DNA of 64,000 nt from Eledone cirrhosa (lineage: Eukaryota), in NCBI GenBank assembly GCA_964016885.1, contig OZ024743.1, forward strand, positions 128,836,001 through 128,900,000, in the 5' to 3' direction. Below, piece by piece: positions 45,780-61,070 of this stretch. Below the pieces are notes generated by a model. That model had not been told where the DNA came from. It was given only the letters and a program-made list of their open reading frames with translations, and made no database searches. The translations under genes and the position numbers were made by a program. Each line of letters begins with the position of its first letter. The stretch's first letter is position 1.

Positions 45780-48700
45780 CCAAACAGCAAACAACATAGA
45801 GCAAACACTAAACACCAAAAAGCAAACACCAAACAGCAAACAGCAAACACCAAACAACAAACACCAAACAACAAACACCAAACAGCAAACAGCAAACACC
45901 AAACACCAAGCACCAAGCACCAAACACCAAACACCAAACACCAAGCACCAGGCACCTAAACACCAAGCACCAAACACCAAGCACCTAGCACCAAACACTA
46001 AGCACCAAGCACCAAACACTAAACACCAAGCACCAAACACCAAGCACCAAGCACCAAACACCAAGCACCAAGCACCAAACACCAAACACCAAGCACCAAA
46101 GACCAAGCACCAAGCACCAAACACCAAGCACCCAGCACCAAACACCAAACACTAAACACCAACCACCCAGCACCAAGCACCAAACACCAAGCACCAAGCA
46201 CCAAACACCAAACACCAAACACCAAGCACCAAGCACCAAACACCAAGCACCTAGCACCAAACACCAAACACCAAGCACCAAACACCAAGCACCAATCACC
46301 AAGCATCAAACACCAAGCAGCCAGCAGCAAGCACCAAACACCAAACACCAAGCACCAAAAACCAAACACCAAGCACCAAGCACCAAACACCTAACACCAA
46401 GCACCAAGCACCAAGTACCAAGCACCAAACACCAAGCACCAAACACCAAACACCAAGCACCAAGCACCAAACACCAAACACCAAGCACCAAACACCTAAC
46501 ACCAAACACCAAACACCAACCACCAAACACCAAACACCAAGCACCAAGCACCAAGCACCAAACACCAAGCACCAAACACCAAGCACCAAACACCAAGCAC
46601 CAAGCACCAAGCACCAAGCACCAAACACCAAGCAACAAACACCAAGCACCAAGCACCAAACACCAAGCACCAAGCACCAAACACCAAGAACCAAGCACCA
46701 AGCACCAAGTACAAACACCAAGCACCAAGCACCAAACACCAAGCACCAAGCACCAAGCATCAAACACCAAGCACCAAACACCAAGCACCAAGCACCAAGC
46801 ATCAAACACCAAGCATATAACACCAAACACCAAACACCAAGCACCAAACACCAAAGACCAAGCACCAAACACCAACCACCAAACACCAAGCACCAAGCAC
46901 CAAGCACCAAGCACCAATCACCAAGCACCAAACACCAAGCACCAAGCACCACACACCAAGCACCAAGCACCAAACACCAAGAACCAAGCACCAAGCACCA
47001 AGTACAAACACCAAGCAGCAAGCACCAAACACCAAGCACCTAGCACCAAACACCAAACACCAAGCACCAAACACCAAGCAGCAATCACCAAGTACCAAAC
47101 ACCAAGCAGCCAGCAGCAAGCACCAAACACCAAACACCAAGCACCAAGCCCCAAAAACCAGACACCAAGCACCAAGCACCAAACACCTAACACCAAGCAC
47201 CAAGTACCAAGCACCAAACACCAAGCACCAAACACCAAACACCAAGCACCAAACACCAAACACCAAGCACCAAGCACCAAACACCTAACACCAAGCACCA
47301 AGCACCAACCACCAAACAGCAAGCACCAAGCACCAAGCACCAAGCACCAAACACCAAGCACCAAACAGCAAGCACCAAGCACCAAGCACCAAACACCAAG
47401 CACCAAGCACCAAATACCAAGCACCAAGCACCAAGCATCAAACACCAAGCACCAAACACCAAACACCAAGCACCAAGCACCAAGGATCAAACATCAAGCA
47501 TATAACACCAAATACCAAACACCAAGCACCAAGCACCAAACACCAAACACCAAGCACCAAGCACCCAGCACCAAACACCAAGCACCAAACACCAAGCACC
47601 AAGCACCAAGCAAAAAGCACCAAACACCAAGCACCAAACACCAAACACCAAGCACCAAACACCAAACACCAAGCACCAAGCACCAAACACCTAACACCAA
47701 GCACCAAACACCAACCACCAAACACCAAGCACCAAGCACCAAGCACCAAGCACCAAACACCAAGCACCAAACACCAAGCACCAAGCTCCAAGCACCAAAC
47801 ACCTAGCACCAAGCACCAAGTACCAAGCACCAAACACCAAGCACCAAACACCAAACACCAAGCACCAAACACCAAACACCAAGCACCAAGCACCAAACAC
47901 CTAACACCAAGCACCAAACACCAACCACCAAACACCAAGCACCAAGCACCAAGCACCAAGCACCAAACACCAAGCACCAAACACCAAGCACCAAGCACCA
48001 AGCATCAAGTACAAACACCAAGCACCAAGCACCAAACACCAAGCACCAAGCACCAATCATCAAACGCCAAACACCAAACACCAAGCACCAGGCACCAAGC
48101 ATCAAACACCAAGCATATAACACCAAACACCAAACACCAAGCACCAAGCACCAAACACCAAACACCAAGCACCAAGCACCCAGCACCAAACACCAAGCAC
48201 CAAACACCAAGCACCAAGCACCAAGCAAAAAGCACCAAACACCAAACACCAAGCACCAAACACCGAACACCAAACACCAAACAGCAGACAACATACAGCA
48301 AACACTAAACACCAAAAAGCAAACACCAAACACCAAACAGCAAACACCAAACAACAAACACCAAACAACAAACACCAAACAGCAAACAGCAAACACCAAA
48401 CACCAAGCACCAAGCACCAAACACCAAACACCAAGCACCAAGCACCAAAAACCAGACACCAAGCACCAAGCACCAAGCACCTAGCACCAAACACCAAGCA
48501 CCAAGCACCAAACACCAAGCACCAAGCACCAAGCACCAAACACCAAACACCAAGCACCAAAGACCAAGCACCAAGCACCAAACACCAAGCACCCAGCACC
48601 AAACACCAAACACTAAACACCAACCACCCAGCACCAAGCACCAAACACCAAGCACCAAGCACCAAACACCAAACACCAAACACCAAGCACCAAGCACCAA

Positions 48701-50720
48701 ACACCAAGCACCTAGCACCAAACACCAAACACCAAGCACCAAACACCAAGCACCAATCACCAAGCATCAAACACCAAGCAGCCAGCAGCAAGCACCAAAC
48801 ACCAAACACCAAGCACCAAAAACCAAACACCAAGCACCAAGCACCAAACACCTAACACCAAGCACCAAGCACCAAGTACCAAGCACCAAACACCAAGCAC
48901 CAAACACCAAACACCAAGCACCAAGCACCAAACACCAAGCACCAAACACCAAACACCAAGCACCAAACACCTAACACCAAACACCAAACACCAACCACCA
49001 AACACCAAACACCAAGCACCAAGCACCAAGCACCAAACACCAAGCACCAAACACCAAGCACCAAACACCAAGCACCAAGCACCAAGCACCAAGCACCAAA
49101 CACCAAGCACCAAACAACAAGCACCAAGCACCAAACACCAAGCACCAAGCACCAAACACCAAGAACCAAGCACCAAGCACCAAGTACAAACACCAAGCAC
49201 CAAGCACCAAACACCAAGCACCAAGCACCAAGCATCAAACACCAAGCACCAAACACCAAGCACCAAGCACCAAGTATCAAACACCAAGCATATAACACCA
49301 AACACCAAACACCAAGCACCAAACACCAAAGACCAAGCACCAAGCAACAAACACCTAACACCAAGCACCAAACACCAAGCACCAAACACCAAGCACCAAG
49401 CACCAAGCACCAAGCACCAATCACCAAGCACCAAACACCAAGCACCAAGCACCAAACACCAAGCACCAAGCACCAAACACCAAGAACCAAGCACCAAGCA
49501 CCAAGTACAAACACCAAGCAGCAAGCACCAAACACCAAGCACCTAGCACCAAACACCAAACACCAAGCACCAAACACCAAGCAGCAATCACCAAGTACCA
49601 AACACCAAGCAGCCAGCAGCAAGCACCAAACACCAAACACCAAGCACCAAGCACCAAAAACCAGACACCAAGCACCAAGCACCAAACACCTAACACCAAG
49701 CACCAAGTACCAAGCACCAAACACCAAGCACCAAACACCAAACACCAAGCACCAAACACCAAACACCAAGCACCAAGCACCAAACACCTAACACCAAGCA
49801 CCAAGCACCAACCACCAAACAGCAAGCACCAAGCACCAAGCACCAAGCACCAAACACCAAGCACCAAACAGCAAGCACCAAGCACCAAGCACCAAACACC
49901 AAGCACCAAGCACCAAATACCAAGCACCAAGCACCAAGCATCAAACACCAAGCACCAAACACCAAACACCAAGCACCAAGCACCAAGGATCAAACATCAA
50001 GCATATAACACCAAATACCAAACACCAAGCACCAAGCACCAAACACCAAACACAGAGCACCAAGCACCCAGCACCAAACACCAAGCACCAAACACCAAGC
50101 GCCAAGCACCAAGCAAAAAGCACCAAACACCAAGCACCAAACACCTAACACCAAGCACCAAACACCAACCACCAAACACCAAGCACCAAGCACCAAGCAC
50201 CAAGCACCAAACACCAAGCACCAAACACCAAGCACCAAGCTCCAAGCACCAAACACCTAGCACCAAGCACCAAGTACCAAGCACCAAACACCAAGCACCA
50301 AACACCAAACACCAAGCACCAAACACCAAACACCAAGCACCAAGCACCAAACACCTAACACCAAGCACCAAACACCAACCACCAAACACCAAGCACCAAG
50401 CACCAAGCACCAAGCATCAAACACCAAGCACCAAACACCAAGCACCAAGCACCAAGCATCAAGTACAAACACCAAGCACCAAGCACCAAACACCAAGCAC
50501 CAAGCACCAATCATCAAACGCCAAACACCAAACACCAAGCACCAAGCACCAAGCATCAAACACCAAGCATATAACACCAAACACCAAACACCAAGCACCA
50601 AGCACCAAACACCAAACACCAAGCACCAAGCACCCAGCACCAAACACCAAGCACCAAACACCAAGCACCAAGCACCAAGCAAAAAGCACCAAACACCAAA
50701 CACCACGCACCAAACACCGA
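45780..50720. repeat. Tandem duplication of about 2.45-2.50 kb
   Basis: AAGGATC-AAACATC-AAGCATA at 47482/49985 (2503). AATCATC-AAACGCC at 48055/50509 (2454). GCAGCCAGCAGC at 46317/48778 (2461) and 47106/49609 (2503). Confidence 0.88.
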
Positions 50721-53700
50721 ACACCAAACACCAAGCACAAAGCACCAAACACCGAACACCAAACATCAAGCACCAAACACCAAACACCAAGCACCAGACA
50801 CCAAGCACCAAACAACAAACACCAAACACCAAGCACCAAGCACCAAACACCAAACACCAAGCACCAAGCACCAAGCACCAAACACCAAGCACCAAAGACC
50901 AAACTCCAAACAACAAACACCAAACACGAAACAGCAAACACCATACAGCAAACACTAAACACCAAAAAGCAGACACCAAACAGCAAACACCAAACACCAA
51001 ACACCAAACACCAAACAGCAAACACCAAACACCAAGCAACAAACACCAAGCACCAAGCACCAAACACCTAACACCAAGCACCAAGCACCAAGCACCAAGC
51101 ACCAAACACCAAGCACCAAACACGAAACACCAAGCACCAAGCACCAAGCACCAAGTACCAAACACCAAGAACCAAGAACCAAACAGCAAGCACCAAGAAC
51201 CAAGTACAAACACCAAGCACCAAGCACCAAACACCAAGCACCAAGCACCAAACACAAAACACCAAGCACCAAGCACCAAGCATCAAACACCAAGCAGCAA
51301 ACACCAAACACCAAGCACCAAACACAAAGCACCCAGCACCAAACACCAAGGACCAAGCACCAAGCACCAAGCACCAAAAACCAAACACCAAACACAAAAC
51401 ACCAAGCACCAAGCACCAAGCACCAAGCATCAAACACCAAACACCAAGCACCAAGCACCAGGCACCAAACACCAAGCACCAAGCACCAAACACCAAGCAC
51501 CAAGCACCAAACACCAAACACCAAACACCAAACACCAAACAACATACAGCAAACACCAAACACCAAAAAGCAGACACGAAACAGCAAACACCAAACACCA
51601 AACAGCAAACACCAAACAACAAACACCAAACAACAAACACCAAACAGCAAACAGCAAATACCTAACACCAAGAACCTAGCACCAAACACTAAGCACCAAG
51701 CACTAAACACCAAGCACCAAGCACCAAACACCAAGCACCAAGCACCAAGCACCAAACACCAAACACCACCCCCAAAGACCAAGCACCAAGCACCAAACAC
51801 CAAGCACCAAACACCAACCACCCAGCACCAAGCACCAAAGACCAAGCACCAAGCACCAAACACCAAGCACCAAGCACCAAACACCAAGCACCAAGCACCT
51901 AGCACCAAACACCAAGCACCAATCACCAAGCACCAAATACCAAGCAGCCAGCAGCAAGCACCAAACACCAAACACCAAGCACCAAGCACCAAAAACCAAA
52001 CACCAAGCACCAAGCACCAAACACCTAACACCAAGCACCAAGTACCAAATACCAAGCACCAAACACCAAGCACCAAACACCAAACACCAAGCACCAAGCA
52101 CCAAACACCTAACACCAAGCACCTAGCACCAAACACCAAACACCAAGCACCAAAAACCAAGCACCAATCACCAAGTATCAAACACCAAGCAGCCAGCAGC
52201 AAGCACCAAACACCAAACACCAAGCACCAAGCACCAAAAACCAAACACCAAGCACCAAGTACCAAACACCAAGAACCAAGAACCAAACACCAAGCACCAA
52301 GCACCAAGTACAAACACCAAGCACCAAGCACCAAACACCAAGCACCAAGCACCAAACACAAAACACCAAGCACCAAGCACCAAGCATCAAACACCAAGCA
52401 GCAAACACCAAACACCAAGCACCAAACACAAAGCACCCAGCACCAAACACCAAGGACCAAGCACCAAGCACCAAGCACCAAAAACCAAACACCTAACACC
52501 AAGCACCAAGCACCAAGTACCAAGCACCAAACACCAAGCACCAAACACCAAACACCAAGCACCAAGCACCAAACACCAAGCACCAAACACCAAACACCAA
52601 GCATCAAACACCTAACACCAAACACCAAGCACCAAACACCAAGCACCAAACACCAAGCACCAAGCACCAAACACCTAACACCAAGCACCAAACACCAAGC
52701 ACCAAACACCAAGCACCAAGCACCAAGCACCAAGCACCAAGCACCAAACACCAAGCACCAAACACCAAGCACCAAACACCAAGCACCAAGCACCAAACAC
52801 CAAGCACCAAGCACCAAACACCAAGAACCGAGCACCAAGCACCAAGTACAAACACCAAGCACCAAGCACCAAACACCAAGCACCAAGCACCAAGCATCGA
52901 ACACCAAGCACCAAACACCAAGCACCAAGCACCAAGCATCAAACAGCAAGCATATAACACCAAACACCAAACACCAAGCACCAAACACCAAACACCAAGC
53001 ACCAAACACCAAGCACCAAGCACCAAACACCAAGAACCAAGCACCAAGCATCAAGTACAAACACAGAGCACCAAGCACCAAACACCAAACACCAAACAAC
53101 ATACAGCAAACACCAAACACCAAAAAGTAGACACGAAACAGCAAACACCAAACACCAAACACCAAACAGCAAACAGCAAACACCAAGCACCAAGCACCAA
53201 ACACCTAACACCAAACACCAAACACCAAGCACCAAACACCAAGCACCAAGCACCAAGCACCAAACACCAAGCACGAAACACCAAGCACCAAACACCAAGC
53301 ACCAAGCACCAAACACCAAGCACCAAGCACCAAACACCAAGAACCAAGCACCAAGCACCAAGTACAAACACCAAGCACCAAACACCAAGCAGCAATCACC
53401 AAGCACCAAACACCAAGCAGCCAGCAGCAAGCACCAAACACCAAACACCAAGCACCAAGCACCAAAAACCAGACACCAGACACCAAGCACCAAGCACCAA
53501 ACACCTAACACCAAGCACCAAGCACCAAGTACCAAGCACCAAACACCAAGCACCAAACACCAAACACCAAACACCAAACAGCAAACAACATACAGCAAAC
53601 ACCAAACACCAAAAAGCAAACACCAAACACCAAACAGCAAACACCAAACAACAAACACCAAACAACAAACACCAAACAACAAACACCAAACACCAAGCAC

Positions 53701-53849
53701 CAAGCACCAAACACCAAACACCAAACACCAAGCACCAGGCACCAAACACCAAGCACCAAGCACCAAACACCAAGCACCTAGCACCAAACACTAAGCACCA
53801 AGCACCAAACACTAAGCACCAAGCACCAAACACCAAGCACCAAGCACCA

Positions 53850-54930
53850 AGCACCAAACACCAAGCACCAAGCACCAAGCACCAAACACCAAACACCAAG
53901 CACCAAAGACCAAGCACCAAGCACCAAACACCAAGCACCCAGCACTAAACACCAAGCACTAAACACCAACCACCCAGCACCAAGCACCAAACACCAAGCG
54001 CCAAGCACCAAACACCAAACACCAAGCACCAAGCACCAAGCACCAAACACCAAGCACCTAGCACCAAACACCAAACACCAAGCCCAAAACACCAAGCACC
54101 AATCACCAAGCATCAAACACCAAGCAGCCAGCAGCAAGCACCAAACACCAAACACCAAGCACCAAGCACCAAAAACCAAGCACCAAGCACCAAGCACCAA
54201 ACACCTAACACCAAGCACCAAGCACCAAGTACCAAGCACCAAACACCAAGCACCAAACACCAAGCACCAAACACCAAGCACCAAACACCAAACACCAAGC
54301 ACCAAACACCTAACACCAAACACCAAGCACCAAACACCAAGCACCAAACACCAAACACCAAGCACCAAGCACCAAACACCTAACACCAAGCACCAAACAC
54401 CAAGCACCAAGCACCAAGCACCAAGCGCCAAACACCAAGCACCAAACACCAAGCACCAAGCACCAAGCACCAAACACTAAGCACCAAGCACCAAACACCA
54501 AGCACCAAGCACCAAGCACCAAACACCAATCACCAAGCACCAAAGACCAAGCACCAAGCACCAAACACCAAGTACCCAGCACCAAACACCAAGCACTAAA
54601 CACCAACCACCCAGCACCAAGCACCAAACACCAAGCACCAAGCACCAAACACCAAACACCAAGCACCAAGCACCAAGCACCAAACACCAAGCACCTAGCA
54701 CCAAACACCAAACACCAAGCACAAAACACCAAGCACCAATCACCAAGCATCAAACACCAAGCAGCCAGCAGCAAGCACCAAACACCAAACACCAAGCACC
54801 AAGCACCAAAAACCAAACACGAAGCACCAAGCACCAAACACCTAACACCAAGCACCAAGCACCAAGTACCAAGCACCAAACACCAAGCACCAAACACCAA
54901 GCACCAAACACCAAACACCTAACACTAAGC
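53850..54930. repeat. Diverged local duplication, offset about 637 bp (91 units)
   Basis: AATCACC-AAGCATC-AAACACC-AAGCAGC-CAGCAGC cassette with the same flanking order; GCAGCC at 54124 and 54761. Confidence 0.7.
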
Positions 54931-56879
54931 ACCAAACACCAAGCACCAAACACCAACCACCAAACACCAAACACCTAACAACAAGCACCAAACACCAAGC
55001 ACCAAACACCAACCAGCAAACACCAAGCACCAAGCACCAAGCACCAAGCACCAAACACCAAACACCAAGCACCAAGCACCAATCACCTAACACCAAACAC
55101 CAAACACCAAGCACCAAACACCAACCACCAAACACCAAGCACCAAGCACCAAGCACCAAGCACCAAACACCAAGCACCAAACACCAAGCACCAAACACCT
55201 AACACCAAGCACCAAGCACCAAGTACCAAGCACCAAACACCAAGCACCAAACACCAAACACCAAGCACCAAACAGCAAACATCAAGCACCAAGCACCGAA
55301 AAAATAACACCAAGCACCAAACACCAACCACCAAACACCAAGCACCAAGGACCAAGCACCAAGCACCAAACACCAAACACCAAGCCCCAAACACCAAGCA
55401 CCAAGCACCAAGCACCAAGTACAAACACCAAGCACCAAGCACCAAACACCAAGCACCAAGCATCAAACACCAAACACCAAACACCAAGCACCAAGCACCA
55501 AGCACCAAGCATATAACACCAAACACCAAGCACCAAACACCAAGCAGCAATCACCAAGCACCAAACACCAAGCAGCCAGCAGCAAGCACCAAACACCAAA
55601 CACCAAGCACCAAGCACCAAAAACCAGACACCAAGCACCAAGCACCAAACACCTAACACCAAGCACCAAGTACCAAGCACCAAACACCAAGCACCAAACA
55701 CCAAACACCAAGCACCAAGCACCAAACACCAAGCACCAAACACCAAGCACCAAGCACCAAACACCAAGCACCAAGCACCAAACACCAAGCACCAAGCACC
55801 AAGCATCAAACACCAAACACCAAGCACCAAACACCAAGCACCAATCACCATGCATCAAACCCCAAGCAGCCAGCAGCAAGCACCAAAAACCAAACACCAA
55901 GCACCAAGCACCAAACACCAAGCACCAAGCACCAAACACCAAGCACCAAGCACCAAGCACCAAACACCAAGCACCAAAGACCAAGCATCAAGCACCAAAC
56001 ACCAAGCACCCAGCACCAAACACCAAGCACCCAGCACCAAACACCAAGCACCCAGCACCAAACACCAAGCACCAAACACCAACCACCCAGCACCAAGCAC
56101 CAAAGACCAAGCACCAAACACCAAACACCAAACACCAAACACCAAGCACCAAGCACCAAGCACCAAACACCAAACACCAAACACCAAGCACCAAACACCA
56201 AACACCAAGCACCAGACACCAAGCACCAAACACCAAACACCAAACACCAAGCACGAAGCACCAAACACCAAACACCAAACACCAAGCACCAAACACCAAA
56301 CACCAAGCACCAAACACCAAACACCAAGCACCAGACACCAAGCACCAAACACCAAACACCAAGCACCAAACACCAAACACCAAGCACCAAGCACCAAACA
56401 CCAAACACCAAGCACCAAGCACCAAACACCAAGCACCAAAGACCAAACACCAAACAGCAAACACCAAACACCATACAGCAAACACTAAACACCAAAAAGC
56501 AGACACCAAACAGCAAACACCAAACACCAAACACCAAACACCAAACAGCAAACACCAAACACCAAGCACCAAACACCAAGGACCAAGCACCAAACACCTA
56601 ACACCAAGCACCAAGCACCAAGCACCAAACACCAAGCACCAAACACCAAACATCAAGCACCAAGCACCAAGTACCAAACACCAAGAACCAAGAACCAAAC
56701 ACCAAGCACCAAGCACCAAGTACAAACACCAAGCACCAAGCACCAAGCACCAAACACCAAGAACCAAGCACCAAACACAAAACACCAAGCACCAAGCACC
56801 AAGCATCAAACACCAAGCAGCAAACACCAAACACCAAGCACCAAGCACCAAACACAAAGCACCCAGCACCAAACACCAA

Positions 56880-59800
56880 GCACCAAGCACCAAGCACCAA
56901 AAACCAAACACCAAACACAAAACACCAAGCACCAAGCACCAAACACCAAACTCCAAGCACCAAGCACCAAGCACCAAACACCAAACACCAAGCACCAAGC
57001 ACCAAGCACCAAGCACCAAACACCAAGCACCAAGCACCAAACACCAAACGCCAAACACCAAACACCAAGAACCAAGAACCAAACACCAATCACCAAGCAC
57101 CAAGTACAAACACCAAGCACCAAGCACCAAGCACCAAACACCAAGCACCAAGCACCAAACACAAAACACCAAGCACCAAGCACCAAGCATCAAACACCAA
57201 GCAGCAAACACCAAACACCAAGCACCAGGCACCAAGCACCAAACACAAAGCACCCTGCACCAAACACCAAGGACCAAGCACCAAGCACCAATCACCAAAA
57301 ACCAAACACGAAACACGAAACACCAAGCACCAAGCACCAAACACCAAAATCGAAGCACCAAGCACCAAACACCAAACACCAAGCACCAAGCACCAAGCAC
57401 CAGGCACCAAACACCAAGCACCAAGCACCAAACACCAAGCACCAAACACCAAGCACCAAACACCAAACACCAAAAAGCAAACACCAAACACCAAACAGCA
57501 AACACCAAACAACAAACACCAAACAACAAACACCAAACAGCAAACAGCAAACACCAAACACCAAGCACCAAGCACCAAACACCAAACACCAAACACCAAG
57601 CACCAGGCACCAAACACCAAGCACCAAGCACCAAACACCAAACACTAAGCACCAAGCACCAAACACTAAGCACCAAGCACCAAACACCAAGCACCAAGCA
57701 CCAAACACCAAGCACCAAGCACCAAGCACCAAACACCAAACACCAAGCACCAAAGACCAAGCACCAAGCACCAAACACGAAACACGAAACACCAAGCACC
57801 AAACACCAAACTCCAAGCACCAAACACCAAACACCAAGCACCAAGCACCAAGCACCAGGCACCAAACACCAAGCACCAAGCACCAAACACCAAGCAACAA
57901 GCACCAAACACCAAACACCAAACACCAAACAGCAAACAACATACAGCAAACACCAAACACCAAAAAGCAAACACCAAACACCAAACAGCAAACACCAAAC
58001 AACAAACACCAAACAACAAACACCAAACAGCAAACAGCAAACACCAAACACCAAGCACCAAGCACCAAACAGTAAGCACCAAACACCAAGCACCAAGCAC
58101 CAAACACCAAACACTAAGCACCAAGCACCAAACACTAAGCACCAAGCACCAAACACCAAGCACCAAGCACCAAACACCAAGCACCAAGCACCAAGCACCA
58201 AACACCAAGCACCCAGCACCAAACACCAAGCACTAAACACCAACCACCCAGCACCAAGCACCAAACACCAAGCACCAAGCACCTAACACCAAACACCAAA
58301 CATCAAGCACCAAGCACCAAGCACCAAGCACCAAGCACCTAGCACCAAACACCAAACACCAAGCACAAAACACCAAGCACCAATCACCAAGCATCAAAGA
58401 CCAAGCAGCCAGCAGCAAGCACCAAACACCAAACACCAAGCACCAAGCACCAAAAACCAAACACCAAGCACCAAGCACCAAACACCTAACACGAAGCACC
58501 AAGCACCAAGTACCAAGCACCAAACACCAAGCACCAAACACCAAGCACCAAACACCAAGCACCAAACACCAAACACCAAGCACCAAACACCTAACACCAA
58601 ACACCAATCACCAAACACCAAGCACCAAACACCAAACACCAAGCACCAAGCACCAAACACCTAACACCAAGCACCAAACACCAAGCACTAAGCACCAAGC
58701 ACCAAGCACCAAACACCAAGCACCAAACACCAAGCACCAAACACCAAGCACCAAGCACCAAACACCAAGCACCAAGCACCAAACACCAAGAACCAAGCAC
58801 CAAGCACCAAGTACAAACACCAAGCACCAAGCACCAAACACCAAGCACCAAGCACCAAGCATCAAACACCAAGCACCAAACACCAAGCACCAAGCACCAA
58901 GCACCAAACACCAAGCATATAACACCAAACACCAAACACCAAGCACCAAACACAAAACACCAAGCACCAAGCACCAAAAACCAAACACCAAACACAAAAC
59001 ACCAAGCACCAAGCACCAAACACCAAACTCCAAGCACCAAGCACCAAGCACCAAACACCAAACACCAAGCACCAAGCACCAAGCACCAAGCACCAAACAC
59101 CAAGCACCAAGCACCAAACACCAAACGCCAAACACCAAACACCAAGAACCAAGAACCAAACACCAATCACCAAGCACCAAGTACAAACACCAAGCACCAA
59201 GCACCAAGCACCAAACACCAAGCACCAAGCACCAAACACAAAACACCAAGCACCAAGCACCAAGCATCAAACACCAAGCAGCAAACACCAAACACCAAAC
59301 ACCAAGCACCAGGCACCAAGCACCAAACACAAAGCACCCTGCACCAAACACCAAGGACCAAGCACCAAGCACCAATCACCAAAAACCAAACACGAAACAC
59401 GAAACACCAAGCACCAAGCACCAAACACCAAAATCGAAGCACCAAGCACCAAACACCAAACACCAAGCACCAAGCACCAAGCACCAGGCACCAAACACCA
59501 AGCACCAAGCACCAAACACCAAGCACCAAACACCAAGCACCAAACACCAAACACCAAAAAGCAAACACCAAACACCAAACAGCAAACACCAAACAACAAA
59601 CACCAAACAACAAACACCAAACAGCAAACAGCAAACACCAAACACCAAGCACCAAGCACCAAACACCAAACACCAAACACCAAGCACCAGGCACCAAACA
59701 CCAAGCACCAAGCACCAAACACCAAACACTAAGCACCAAGCACCAAACACTAAGCACCAAGCACCAAACACCAAGCACCAAGCACCAAACACCAAGCACC

Positions 59801-61070
59801 AAGCACCAAGCACCAAACACCAAACACCAAGCACCAAAGACCAAGCACCAAGCACCAAACACGAAACACGAAACACCAAGCACCAAACACCAAACTCCAA
59901 GCACCAAACACCAAACACCAAGCACCAAGCACCAAGCACCAGGCACCAAACACCAAGCACCAAGCACCAAACACCAAGCAACAAGCACCAAACACCAAAC
60001 ACCAAACACCAAACAGCAAACAACATACAGCAAACACCAAACACCAAAAAGCAAACACCAAACACCAAACAGCAAACACCAAACAACAAACACCAAACAA
60101 CAAACACCAAACAGCAAACAGCAAACACCAAACACCAAGCACCAAGCACCAAACAGTAAGCACCAAACACCAAGCACCAAGCACCAAACACCAAACACTA
60201 AGCACCAAGCACCAAACACTAAGCACCAAGCACCAAACACCAAGCACCAAGCACCAAACACCAAGCACCAAGCACCAAGCACCAAACACCAAACACCAAG
60301 CACCAAAGACCAAGCACCAAGCACCAAACACCAAGCACCCAGCACCAAACACCAAGCACTAAACACCAACCACCCAGCACCAAGCACCAAACACCAAGCA
60401 CCAAGCACCTAACACCAAACACCAAACATCAAGCACCAAGCACCAAGCACCAAGCACCAAGCACCTAGCACCAAACACCAAACACCAAGCACAAAACACC
60501 AAGCACCAATCACCAAGCATCAAAGACCAAGCAGCCAGCAGCAAGCACCAAACACCAAACACCAAGCACCAAGCACCAAAAACCAAACACCAAGCACCAA
60601 GCACCAAACACCTAACACGAAGCACCAAGCACCAAGTACCAAGCACCAAACACCAAGCACCAAACACCAAGCACCAAACACCAAGCACCAAACACCAAAC
60701 ACCAAGCACCAAACACCTAACACCAAACACCAAGCACCAAACACCAAGCACCAAACACCAAACACCAAGCACCAAGCACCAAACACCTAACACCAAGCAC
60801 CAAACACCAAGCACTAAGCACCAAGCACCAAGCACCAAACACCAAGCACCAAACACCAAGCACCAAACACCAAGCACCAAGCACCAAACACCAAGCACCA
60901 AGCACCAAACACCAAGAACCAAGCACCAAGCACCAAGTACAAACACCAAGCACCAAGCACCAAACACCAAGCACCAAGCACCAAGCATCAAACACCAAGC
61001 ACCAAACACCAAGCACCAAGCACCAAGCACCAAACACCAAGCATATAACACCAAACACCAAACACCAAGC
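56880..61070. repeat. Tandem duplication of about 2.08-2.13 kb
   Basis: CTGCACC 57255/59339, AAAATCG 57346/59430 and AAACAGT 58067/60151 (all offset 2084). GCAGCCAGCAGC 58405/60531 (2126). Identical 272-aa peptides 57292..58110/59376..60194. Confidence 0.92.
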
